The notes under the pieces: model-generated
Seen by the model: only the letters and a program-made list of their open reading frames with translations
What the model was told of the DNA's origin: nothing
The model's database searches: none
NCBI GenBank assembly: GCA_965219535.1
Contig: CBDCNV010000002.1
Coordinates: 690,001-722,000, forward strand
DNA from: Opitutales bacterium
Lineage (GTDB): Bacteria > Verrucomicrobiota > Verrucomicrobiia > Opitutales > PNEW01
Length of the DNA: 32,000 nt
Direction: 5' to 3'
In this document: one piece after another, positions 17,187 to 25,200 of the stretch
How the letters are laid out: each line of letters begins with the position of its first letter
Numbering within the stretch: the first letter of the stretch is position 1
Position numbers and translations under genes: made by a program

Positions 17187-18800
17187 ATGAACGTTATCTT
17201 CATAATGAACGACACCGTGCGCCGGGACTACCTCGGCTGTTACGGTAACACCAGTATTCACACCCCGAATCTGGATCGATTCGCAGAGCGTTCCGCCATC
17301 TTCGATCAGTACTATGCCGCCTCCTATCCGACTGTTCCCGCGCGTTGGGATCTTACCACGGGTATGTTCGGCTTTCCCCTTCACGGTTGGCAGCCATTGA
17401 ATCCCGGTGACGCGACCTGGGGTCAGATTCTCTCCCGCCAAAACGTTCACACCCAGATGATCTGGGACACGCCCATGCTGGCTATGCATGACTACAACTA
17501 CACCCGGGGATTTGACGGTCTCCACTTTGTCCAGGGTCAAAAAGGCGATCCCTGGATAACCGATCTGCTTGACTTGAATCTCGGCGCCCAACCCCACAAA
17601 ATCAAAGACATCCCAAGCTTCATCGGCTACCTGCGCAATCACGCCGGTCGCAAATATGAACGCGAGTACTGTGTTGGCCGCTCGATCTCCACCGCCATGG
17701 ACTGGCTTGAAACTAACCATCGTCGCGATCCCTTTTTCCTCTGGATCGACATGTGGGATCCCCATGAACCTTTTGACTGTCCCTGGTATGACTACGAACG
17801 CTATGCGCCGGCCGGTTACACCGGTGATCTCATGCTCTATCCCCAATACGGTCGACCCAATTACATGAGTGAAAACGAGCGCGCCCACCTCAAAGCTCTC
17901 TACTCCGGTAACGTCACGCTCACCGATCGCTGGATCGGTAATTTCTTAGACTTGGCTGAACGCCTGGGCCTCTTCGAGAACACGCTCATCATCTGGCTCT
18001 CCGATCACGGTCACCTTTTTGGCGAACACGATCTTCAGGGCAAGCCCGGCGCCGAACTCGGCTGCCTCTATGAAATCACCAACCGCATCCCCTTCCTGAT
18101 GTCACACCCCGAGGGGTTGGGTGCAGGTAATCATATTCCCGGAATCGTTCAGCCACCTGACATTTTGCCTACCATCCTGGAATTTTTCGGTCTACCCATC
18201 CCGGAACAGATCCAGGGAAGTTCTGTTCTACCCCTGGTCGCTGATGGTAAAAAGATCCGAGACAAAGCTTTTACCAGCCGCTATCCTGTATCCGCCGGCC
18301 CCCCCGCGAACGCCGGGGCATTCGACGCCTGGGTCGGCTCCGACCGCAACGTTGAATCCAGTACCGTCACGACCGATGAATGGGCTTACCTGGCGGCCCC
18401 TCAAGGCATGCAGTCTGAACTCTACAATCTCAAAAGTGATCCCGACCAAAAGAATAACATCATAGCCGCTCACTCTGATGTTGCCGAATCCCTGCGAAAG
18501 GATTGGATCGAATTCTTGAAAGATCACAACGCAACTGAAACCCGTATTCGTCCTTTCTTAGACGCCAACGTCGATGTGCCGACACCTGTCGCCGGAACCC
18601 TTTATGCATTTCGCGACGACCATGGTTTGTGGATTGCGTTCCCCACTGAAAATGAAGCCCAAAGCCTCGCCTACCGAGACGACGCGCCGGGACCTAGACA
18701 CCAAGTGGAAACAATCACCTTCGGAGCACTGATGGAAGACAATCCCAAAAATCTCATCTACCTTTATGGCCAGTACTTCTGGGCTGAAGATCTGGCATGA
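17187..18800 (+). CDS. Sulfatase-fold (alkaline phosphatase superfamily) protein with Thr at the formylglycine position
   Basis: 537 aa, no signal peptide. N-terminus NVIFIMNDTVRRDYLGCYGNTSIHTPNLDRF...SYPTVPARWDLTTG aligns with the sulfatase signature C/S-x-P-x-R but reads T-V-P-A-R. Downstream DHGHLFGEH. Confidence 0.8.
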   Translation: MNVIFIMNDTVRRDYLGCYGNTSIHTPNLDRFAERSAIFDQYYAASYPTVPARWDLTTGMFGFPLHGWQPLNPGDATWGQILSRQNVHTQMIWDTPMLAMHDYNYTRGFDGLHFVQGQKGDPWITDLLDLNLGAQPHKIKDIPSFIGYLRNHAGRKYEREYCVGRSISTAMDWLETNHRRDPFFLWIDMWDPHEPFDCPWYDYERYAPAGYTGDLMLYPQYGRPNYMSENERAHLKALYSGNVTLTDRWIGNFLDLAERLGLFENTLIIWLSDHGHLFGEHDLQGKPGAELGCLYEITNRIPFLMSHPEGLGAGNHIPGIVQPPDILPTILEFFGLPIPEQIQGSSVLPLVADGKKIRDKAFTSRYPVSAGPPANAGAFDAWVGSDRNVESSTVTTDEWAYLAAPQGMQSELYNLKSDPDQKNNIIAAHSDVAESLRKDWIEFLKDHNATETRIRPFLDANVDVPTPVAGTLYAFRDDHGLWIAFPTENEAQSLAYRDDAPGPRHQVETITFGALMEDNPKNLIYLYGQYFWAEDLA

Positions 18801-18805
18801 GGAAT

Positions 18806-18896
18806 CAGTGAACAGTGAACAGTGAACAGTGAACAGTGAACAGTGAACAGTGAACAGTGAACAGTGAACAGTGAACAGTGAACAGTGAACAGTGAA
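18806..18896 (+). repeat. Perfect heptamer tandem array (CAGTGAA)x13
   Basis: 91 nt, exactly 13 units, starting 6 nt after the stop codon at 18798-18800. Confidence 0.98.
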
Positions 18897-18986
18897 AGCG
18901 CGGCAGACCTTACTCTCTGTGCCTCTGCGATTCAATCTTATTCACTGCTTCTGGCTATCTGGTTGTCAGGTCCTCCGTCTTCCCGC

Positions 18987-19014
18987 TTTCGACTTTCGAC
19001 CTTTGACTTTCGAC
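18987..19014 (+). repeat. Heptamer array (TTTCGAC/CTTTGAC)x4
   Basis: tttcgac tttcgac ctttgac tttcgac. The preceding cttcccgct is shared with 27265-27293. Confidence 0.9.
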
Positions 19015-19033
19015 GAGGCTTCTCCGAAGCCTC
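19015..19033 (-). terminator. Stem-loop immediately after the xylA stop (possible terminator, no U-tract)
   Basis: gaggcttc tcc gaagcctc is a perfect 8-bp inverted repeat abutting the stop at 19033-19035. It is followed in the xylA sense by GTCGAAA repeats rather than a T-run. Confidence 0.3.
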
Positions 19034-20343
19034 TAAAGATAACTATTGATTAAGTTCTCCAGCATCTCCTCGCGCCCGCTGATCTTCGGGGGTTCGCCGT
19101 TTTTATGGATGTATCTTTCTAATTCTCTAAAATTGGTCTCGCCCCGCATGACCTTGCGGCCAATACCACTTTTAAAAGACTTGTAGCGCTCCGACACAAA
19201 ATCGGCGAGAACACCGTCCTCTCTTATCTTGTGGGCTATCTTCAGACCGCGGGCAAAACTGTCCATACCGCCGATGTGGGCGTGAAAGAGATCCTCCTCG
19301 TCAAAAGACCCGCGCCGGACTTTCGCGTCAAAATTAATGCCGCCCGTGCCCAGACCTCGCTGTTCGAGAATCACCATCATCGCAAAGGTTGCACTGTAGA
19401 TGTCGGAGGGAAACAGGTCCGTGTCCCAACCTAAGAGATAATCCCCTCGATTCGCATCGATGCTGCCCAACCTGCCGTCAATAGAAGCTACAGTCAGGTC
19501 ATGTTCAAAGGTGTGACCAGCCAGGGTCGCGTGATTGGCTTCGACGTTGAGCTTAAATTCATCGTGCAGACCGTAATTCCGCAGAAAACTGAGCACCGTA
19601 GCAGCATCGTAGTCGTATTGGTGTTTAGTCGGCTCCTTGGGTTTCGGTTCGACGAGAAGCGTGCCCTTGAAACCAATCTTTTTCTTATGCTCAACGGCCA
19701 TTTCCAAAAAACGTGCCATCTGATCTTGCTCGTGTTTCATGTCCGTGTTCAAGAGGTTGGAATACCCTTCACGGCCGCCCCAGAAAACATAGTTAACGCC
19801 GCCCAACTCCTTGGTACACTCCATCGCCATCTTGATCTGTGACGCAGCATAGGCAAAAACATGAGCGTCCGGGTTAGTGCCGGCGCCGTGGGTAAAGCGG
19901 GGATGTGAAAAGCAATTCGAGGTGCCCCAGAGCAGCTTTACACCGGTATCGCGCTGCAGCTTCTTCGCCAAACTGACGATGCTTTTCAGGCGCTTGTTCG
20001 TCTCCTTGAGATTGTCCGCTTCCGGGGCGATATCGCGATCGTGCCAGCAATAAAATGGAACGCCCAACTTGGTGAAGAATTCAAAAGCCGCGCGCATCGT
20101 GTCCTCAGCCCGCTGCATACAATCGTCGGCCGCATCCCACGGCCTGTCGTAGACCGGACCCCCAAAAGGATCACTTCCCGTGCCTTTGAAGGTGTGCCAG
20201 AAGGCGACGGAGAAACGAAGATGTTCCTTCATCGTTTTCTTGCCGACCTTCTTGTTCGGATTGTAGTGTTTGAAAGCGAGAGGATTCTTTGAATCGGGTC
20301 CCTCGTAACGAATTTTTTTTATACCTGGAAAAAACTGTTTCAT
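19033..20343 (-). CDS. xylA: Xylose isomerase (class II)
   Basis: 436 aa. Motifs FFPGIKKIRYEGPDSKNPLAFKHYNP, FWGGREGY, LVEPKPKEPTKHQYD, NVEANHATLAGHTFEH and LGSIDANRGD. Confidence 0.95.
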   Translation of the reverse strand: MKQFFPGIKKIRYEGPDSKNPLAFKHYNPNKKVGKKTMKEHLRFSVAFWHTFKGTGSDPFGGPVYDRPWDAADDCMQRAEDTMRAAFEFFTKLGVPFYCWHDRDIAPEADNLKETNKRLKSIVSLAKKLQRDTGVKLLWGTSNCFSHPRFTHGAGTNPDAHVFAYAASQIKMAMECTKELGGVNYVFWGGREGYSNLLNTDMKHEQDQMARFLEMAVEHKKKIGFKGTLLVEPKPKEPTKHQYDYDAATVLSFLRNYGLHDEFKLNVEANHATLAGHTFEHDLTVASIDGRLGSIDANRGDYLLGWDTDLFPSDIYSATFAMMVILEQRGLGTGGINFDAKVRRGSFDEEDLFHAHIGGMDSFARGLKIAHKIREDGVLADFVSERYKSFKSGIGRKVMRGETNFRELERYIHKNGEPPKISGREEMLENLINSYL

Positions 20344-20420
20344 AATTTACATTCTTTCTTAGTAAGGATGATGCTTATGTAAAGGCCGAAAAGAAGCGCT
20401 GACGCGCGTGTTGAATATAA

Positions 20421-20474
20421 GTCTAAAGTCAAAGGTCGAAAGTCAAAGGTGGGGAGAATACAGTGAACAGTGGG
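20421..20474 (+). repeat. Heptamer arrays (GTCNAAR)x4 followed by (CAGTGAA)x2
   Basis: gtctaaa gtcaaag gtcgaaa gtcaaag ... cagtgaa cagtggg. Preceded by GCGCTGACGCGCG (20396-20408). Confidence 0.85.
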
Positions 20475-20517
20475 GGGGGGTGCCTTATCAATTATTAATT
20501 GTGGATTGATGCACCTT

Positions 20518-20643
20518 TGTCATTGCGAGGCTGCTTGTCAGCCGTGGCGATCCAGGGGAATGTCGGTAATGCAACGAATGCTACCTGGAATGGAAGATGT
20601 CGCTGCGTTCGGTAGCCACGAAACTTCGCTCCTCGCAATGACA
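20518..20643. repeat. Inverted pair of the GTCATTGCGAGG motif enclosing about 100 nt
   Basis: tgtcattgcgagg (20518-20530) pairs with cctcgcaatgaca (20631-20643). The loop contains the GGAAGATGTCGCTGCGTTCGGTAG motif, related to 9403-9428 and 23986-24012. Confidence 0.8.
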
Positions 20644-20680
20644 ATAGAAAAAGAAAGCAGAGCAAAAAAGATTGAATTTA

Positions 20681-20753
20681 GGCGGAACACGGTGTCCCTA
20701 CCGCGTTTAATTAATTAATAAAAAGAAGCGCGCTAGGGACAGCCCGCTCCACC
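20681..20753 (-). repeat. X-family element, minimal form (two hairpins around an AT-rich spacer)
   Basis: ggcggaacacggtgtccctaccgcgtt, then taattaattaataaaaa, then gaagcgcgctagggacagcccgctccacc. Ends 6 nt before ATG 20760. Confidence 0.8.
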
Positions 20754-20759
20754 TTTAAA

Positions 20760-21335
20760 ATGATAACAAAAAAGAGATGTTCCTGGGGTGAGCAGGATTC
20801 CATGATTGATTATCATGATAAGGAGTGGGGTGTTCCCGTCCACAATGATAGAAAATTGTTTGAGATGTTGACCCTGGAAGGAGCGCAAGCAGGTCTATCC
20901 TGGGCCACTATATTGAAAAGAAGAGCCGGGTATAAAAAAGCCTTCGCAAATTTTAATATAAAGAAAGTATCACAGTACGGGGAAAGAGAGATTGTGAAAC
21001 TGATGAGCGATACCGGGATAATCAGAAACCGATTGAAAATAATATCAACGATAGAAAATGCTAAGAGCGTTCTCGAAATAAAAAAAGAATTTGGCAGTTT
21101 TGATAAATATCTTTGGACTTTTGTAGGTAACAAACCGCGGGTAAATAAATATAAAAGTTTAAATCAAATTCCTGCTCAAACAGAGATCTCTGAAAAAATA
21201 AGTAACGATTTGAAAAAGAGAGGTTTTAAGTTTGTTGGACCGACAATCATTTATGCTTTCATGCAGGCAATCGGCATAGTAAATGATCACGAAGTGGGCT
21301 GTTTCAGATTTAAAGAAGTTCAGAAATATTACTGA
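20760..21335 (+). CDS. tag: DNA-3-methyladenine glycosylase I
   Basis: 191 aa. Motifs KRCSW, YHDKEWGVPVHNDRKLFEMLTLEGAQAGLSW and GPTIIYAFMQAIGIVNDH. Confidence 0.9.
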   Translation: MITKKRCSWGEQDSMIDYHDKEWGVPVHNDRKLFEMLTLEGAQAGLSWATILKRRAGYKKAFANFNIKKVSQYGEREIVKLMSDTGIIRNRLKIISTIENAKSVLEIKKEFGSFDKYLWTFVGNKPRVNKYKSLNQIPAQTEISEKISNDLKKRGFKFVGPTIIYAFMQAIGIVNDHEVGCFRFKEVQKYY

Positions 21336-21344
21336 TTATATGAT

Positions 21345-21504
21345 CTCGCGGACGCGATCAGCCGTCGTCCCGCCGTTAGCGGACTATGGCCGACAGGCAC
21401 CACGCGTTCCTCCAAAAGAATTTAAAACATGGAGGGTCACGCTCCGTCGTGACCGGTGAGTGAAAGGGTTATATTTTAACGCGGTAGGGACACCGCGTTC
21501 CACC
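21345..21504 (+). repeat. Cluster of X-family hairpin modules
   Basis: 21345-21413 is a divergent long-insert arm (gcggactatggccgacaggcaccacgcgttcctcc). 21431-21460 is the hairpin ggtcacg..cgtgacc. 21478-21504 is aacgcggtagggacaccgcgttccacc. Confidence 0.7.
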
Positions 21505-21564
21505 TTATCTCAATACTTTCCCGACACCCACCTGTCCTGAGCTCAGTCGAAGGGAACCCTGACT

Positions 21565-23835
21565 CTAATTACCAACACGACGAGCATGAGACTCGATATA
21601 TACGTCGTTGGACAATCCTTTCAAATAATCATAACCGTAATGATTAAGAAAAGCCAATGCACCGAGATCGGCGGGATCACGAATCGCGGTTGCCCATGCT
21701 GAAAGAGCGGTTTTTAAAAAATCTAATGACTGATTCAATAGCTTGTCAGCTTCCGCCATATTGCGGTCAAAGTCGGTTGCCTTATTGTCATTGCGCGCTT
21801 GTTGAGCGCTGTCATAATAAGTCCGCGCGCTTCTAATCGCTTGCACCGACTCGATGTATGCGACACTGAATTTTACCTGCCCCAGCAATTGCTCCACATA
21901 GCGCTTTCCCTCCGGTCGGCTTTTGGCGTATGCCGATTCCAATAGCGGAAGTGTTGTCCGGTACTGGTTGGCGAGCTCATTCCAATTTGGATCCGGTCCC
22001 GAAGAATCAGTCCAATGTTTACGAACCACCGCAGGAACAGGGAATATTAAACCGGATGCTAAGAGTTCTGCCTTGATCGTTGTTTCACCCAGTATCGAAT
22101 AAACATTAAGCATCTCCTGAACTACAGCCGCACCACAAACATTACTTACCTGGTCACGGTAAATCGCTTCCGGTGTAATGTCAGCTGACCAGGATGATTG
22201 GGCGAGATATGCCGTTCCCACTTCCAGCTTGGTGACGAGGAAATTCCGGCCGAAAAAACCGGTGACCTTATATTTTTTCATCGCCTCAAATATTCGGTGA
22301 AGTGAAGGCACCGTTACTTGCGGTAAAATCCCAATGTTATCGTCAGCCAGCGTGGTCATCGGCCCAACCCGCATCGATGACTTGGCGGCAAAAGCGAGCA
22401 TCTCGGTACGTTTAGCCGCTAATGAGGGAAAGTAATCCATCTGCATCTGAAGCATTATTCGACCGCCAAATATTTTTTCCATAACCGGGTAGAATTCGTC
22501 ACTGTGGGTGCTGGCAATGATCGTGGCATCGGGATTAGCGGTTCCTTCAAATACCTGCTCCTCATTGATGAGCTTATCTAAGAGATGAGCGTAGGCGATG
22601 GAGGCCTTTAGCTCTGCGACAGGTCGCTCACCCTGTCGAACGCCCTGAGGAAGCGTATTAGCTTTTGCAGACTCAATCATTTCCTCTAATTTGAAATCTG
22701 ACTCGAGTTCATACTTGCAGTTCAGTTCATGCCAAAAATCCAAATACTCCTCGCCCGTATTAGGCATCTCCTTCTGGTAGATACCATAGTAGTCGACTTC
22801 CGGATAGGTATTGATCGTGGTGCGGATTATTAACTTATTCAATTCTATGACGACAGGGTTTTCCGGGGAGAGGTAGGGAAATGCGATCGGGTCCACCCCA
22901 ACTTCTTCAACGCCAAGTCGTCCACTGTAAGTTCCTTTCATGTGTTCTTCAGGAACATAGGTGTGATCAGACCACTCCGGTAAGCGCCTGTTGAATTCAT
23001 CGGTGAACTGGTTAATAATGAACATGAGCCCGGTCTCCATGCCACGACTTTTAGCGTGCGTGAATATACGATGCAGCATTTCAGTAGCGACGCTGTTTCG
23101 CTCTTCATAATTCTCAGCCTTCTCCATGTCCGGGTTCATGTATTCAGATTTACCCTGAAATAATTCTTTGCCGATCGTCTGTGAGTGAATGGGAAGCTTC
23201 CAACCGTAGTGAATAACACCGGTAGTTTTCTTTTGCCCGCGATACTCGTAGTGAACAAAAGGCTGGAAGGGATATATTTGCAGGTAAAACACATTGAACT
23301 TCATTTTAGCCAGTTGATCTATCAAATGCCGATAATCGTCGATGCCGAAAAAGACTAACGATGTCGCGAGATCGTTAACGCCGCGATAGGAGCGAAAGTG
23401 TAGTTGTGGTTCTATTACCACATCCAGTTCATCCGGGGGAAAAGAGGGAGGATTTTCCGGCAGTACATCTTTCTCCAAGAGAAAGCAAACACCCAAGTGT
23501 TTTATGAAATCATAAACCGCCCAAAGCGTCGCCCTTGCGCTGCCGCCACCGAGAATAAAAATGGTTGTGCCATCAATTACTCCTCGCTTAAGGACGATTC
23601 CCTGTTCACTCACATCGGGCCATCCTGTTATGCCTGAAACGTCATTTACCGCTGGGTTCGACTTCGGATTCCCTATGAAGAAAGCAATTTTAGCGTTAGC
23701 TTCTATACCCGTTACCGGGTGAGTATTGATCCCGTAAATACTTTGCAGGTATCGACACAATTCATTGGCCGCATACACTTCCAATTCATCTGCCGCCGGA
23801 CCGGTTACGACCGATACGTTGTAATCGTTAGTCAT
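21565..23835 (-). CDS. Hypothetical 756-aa protein, possibly glycoside-hydrolase-like
   Basis: Long ORF with a clean ATG and no signal peptide. The N-terminal segment VVTGPAADELEVYAANELCRYLQSIYG resembles N-terminal domains of some carbohydrate-active enzyme families. I cannot assign a family by eye. Confidence 0.3.
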   Translation of the reverse strand: MTNDYNVSVVTGPAADELEVYAANELCRYLQSIYGINTHPVTGIEANAKIAFFIGNPKSNPAVNDVSGITGWPDVSEQGIVLKRGVIDGTTIFILGGGSARATLWAVYDFIKHLGVCFLLEKDVLPENPPSFPPDELDVVIEPQLHFRSYRGVNDLATSLVFFGIDDYRHLIDQLAKMKFNVFYLQIYPFQPFVHYEYRGQKKTTGVIHYGWKLPIHSQTIGKELFQGKSEYMNPDMEKAENYEERNSVATEMLHRIFTHAKSRGMETGLMFIINQFTDEFNRRLPEWSDHTYVPEEHMKGTYSGRLGVEEVGVDPIAFPYLSPENPVVIELNKLIIRTTINTYPEVDYYGIYQKEMPNTGEEYLDFWHELNCKYELESDFKLEEMIESAKANTLPQGVRQGERPVAELKASIAYAHLLDKLINEEQVFEGTANPDATIIASTHSDEFYPVMEKIFGGRIMLQMQMDYFPSLAAKRTEMLAFAAKSSMRVGPMTTLADDNIGILPQVTVPSLHRIFEAMKKYKVTGFFGRNFLVTKLEVGTAYLAQSSWSADITPEAIYRDQVSNVCGAAVVQEMLNVYSILGETTIKAELLASGLIFPVPAVVRKHWTDSSGPDPNWNELANQYRTTLPLLESAYAKSRPEGKRYVEQLLGQVKFSVAYIESVQAIRSARTYYDSAQQARNDNKATDFDRNMAEADKLLNQSLDFLKTALSAWATAIRDPADLGALAFLNHYGYDYLKGLSNDVYIESHARRVGN

Positions 23836-23840
23836 GCTTT

Positions 23841-23958
23841 GGTTCAGGGTTCAGGGAGAAAGATATACGATTTCTGATATCTGATATACGATGTAGATTC
23901 AATATCTCGCACATCAAACGTCGGATATCAAACGTCGGATATCAGATAGAATGATATA
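23841..23958 (+). repeat. Mixed 7/14-nt arrays: (GGTTCAG)x2.3, (GATATNN)x5, (ATCAAACGTCGGAT)x2
   Basis: ggttcag ggttcag gg, then gatatac gatttct gatatct gatatac gatgtag, then atcaaacgtcggat twice (23913-23940). Confidence 0.85.
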
Positions 23959-23968
23959 CGGATGACAT

Positions 23969-24022
23969 GGTTCAGGGTTCAGGGTGGAAGATGTCGAGCT
24001 ACGCTCTCGGTACAGGGTTCAG
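23969..24022 (+). repeat. F-element copy 1 (GGTTCAG x2 + GGTGGAAGATGTCGAGCTACGCTCTCGGTACAGGGTTCAG)
   Basis: 54 nt, identical to 26086-26139 by manual comparison. Confidence 0.9.
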
Positions 24023-24146
24023 GGAAAATTGTACCTTACGAAATTTCAATTAAACATTCCATCTAAAACCGTTACTGAGTCCTTCCATTCTCTTTTTCTC
24101 TTCCTACCGGGAAAATCAGTTATATATAATGAAAGATTAAAAAGAC

Positions 24147-24174
24147 GTTTGACCTTAGACTTTAAGCTTTCGAC
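24147..24174 (+). repeat. Heptamer array (NTTNGAC-like)x4
   Basis: gtttgac cttagac tttaagc tttcgac, ending 12 nt before ATG 24187. Confidence 0.8.
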
Positions 24175-24186
24175 CATGCATTTTCT

Positions 24187-25179
24187 ATGGACGCAAAAGC
24201 ACTAATCTGTGATGAAAAACAATCGTTCTCAATCGAAGACGTAGTGTTGCCGGATTGCGCTCCCGATCAAGTCGCGATTCGCACCTATTACACCGGTGTG
24301 AGTATCGGCACGGAGTTCTCGCTGATCCGCGGCAAACTTTCATGGAAATCTTATCCGTTATGCACCGGCTATCAGGGCACGGGAATCGTTGAGACCGTTG
24401 GCTCCGCGATCGACAATTTCTCAGTCGGTGACGAGGTTTACTTTCGGGGCAATGACAACATGGCCCTGGCCGACGGTACCGAAGTCGGCAGTGTCACCGG
24501 TGCTCATTGCAGCCACATTGTGACCAAACCTAACACGACACACGGTGTCGCCCATCTGCCCAAAGGTGCGCCGCCAGACGTGGCATGCATGTACGTGATG
24601 CCCGCCGTCGGTTTGAACGGTGTGGATATGGCAAATCCGAGAATGGGTCAGACCGCGGTTGTCTATGGTTGTGGTCTGATCGGGTTGGGCGTCATCGCCT
24701 TCTGCGCGCAGCGCGGCTGTACCGTGATCGCCGTTGACATCAACGAAAAACGGCTCGCTGTCGCCAAGGAGATGGGTGCTGATCAAACGATGAACGCGGC
24801 CGACGCTGAGAAGAAGATCGGACCGGAGGGAGCAGATATTGTTTTCGAAAGCACAGGCATACCCGAGTGCGTCGATCCGGCAATAGCCCTCTGTCGAAAA
24901 CACGGTAGCTTTGTCTGGCAGGGAAACTACGGTAAGAAGCCGATAACGATGGATTTTCTGCGCCCGCACGGCCGCCGCCTGCAGATGTTTTTTCCCTGTG
25001 ACGACGGACTGCAGCCTTGCCGTCGCGCCGTGGTTAAGAGTATGGCGAATGGATCACTTGATTGGGAGCCGTGCATCAGCCATCGCATTTCTTTTGCGGA
25101 AGCTCCCGCGATATTCCAACGAATTAACGATGGAGATACAGATGATATCATTGGCGTCGTCATCAATTGGCAGACCTGA
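24187..25179 (+). CDS. MDR-superfamily dehydrogenase (zinc-ADH-like fold; BchC-like subgroup without the GHE motif)
   Basis: 330 aa. Motifs GVSIGTEFSLIRGK, GYQGTGIVETVGSAIDNFSVGDEVYF and the Rossmann segment VVYGCGLIGLGVIAF. Confidence 0.7.
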   Translation: MDAKALICDEKQSFSIEDVVLPDCAPDQVAIRTYYTGVSIGTEFSLIRGKLSWKSYPLCTGYQGTGIVETVGSAIDNFSVGDEVYFRGNDNMALADGTEVGSVTGAHCSHIVTKPNTTHGVAHLPKGAPPDVACMYVMPAVGLNGVDMANPRMGQTAVVYGCGLIGLGVIAFCAQRGCTVIAVDINEKRLAVAKEMGADQTMNAADAEKKIGPEGADIVFESTGIPECVDPAIALCRKHGSFVWQGNYGKKPITMDFLRPHGRRLQMFFPCDDGLQPCRRAVVKSMANGSLDWEPCISHRISFAEAPAIFQRINDGDTDDIIGVVINWQT

Positions 25180-25200
25180 AGTCCGCTCTTTATTTAAGCG

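Noticed and set aside
17145-17888. 247-aa minus-strand ORF, plus other long antisense or alternate-frame ORFs (for example 13357-13887, 15488-15955, 24421-24969, 6774-7220, 754-1101).
   Set aside because: Each lies entirely within, and opposite or out of frame to, a much longer ORF with recognisable family motifs. Their compositions are typical of shadow ORFs.
18558-18935. Minus-strand 125-aa ORF with FTVHCSL repeats.
   Set aside because: This is the CAGTGAA array read on the opposite strand, and it overlaps the 3' end of the sulfatase-fold gene in antisense. It is an artefact of the repeat.
20470-20718. Small ORFs in spacers (20470-20718, 23984-24205, 28258-28443, 8306-8512 N-terminal part).
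   Set aside because: They are assembled from the GTCATTGCGAG, F-element and X-family repeats, or they overlap real genes in antisense. None has a coding signature.
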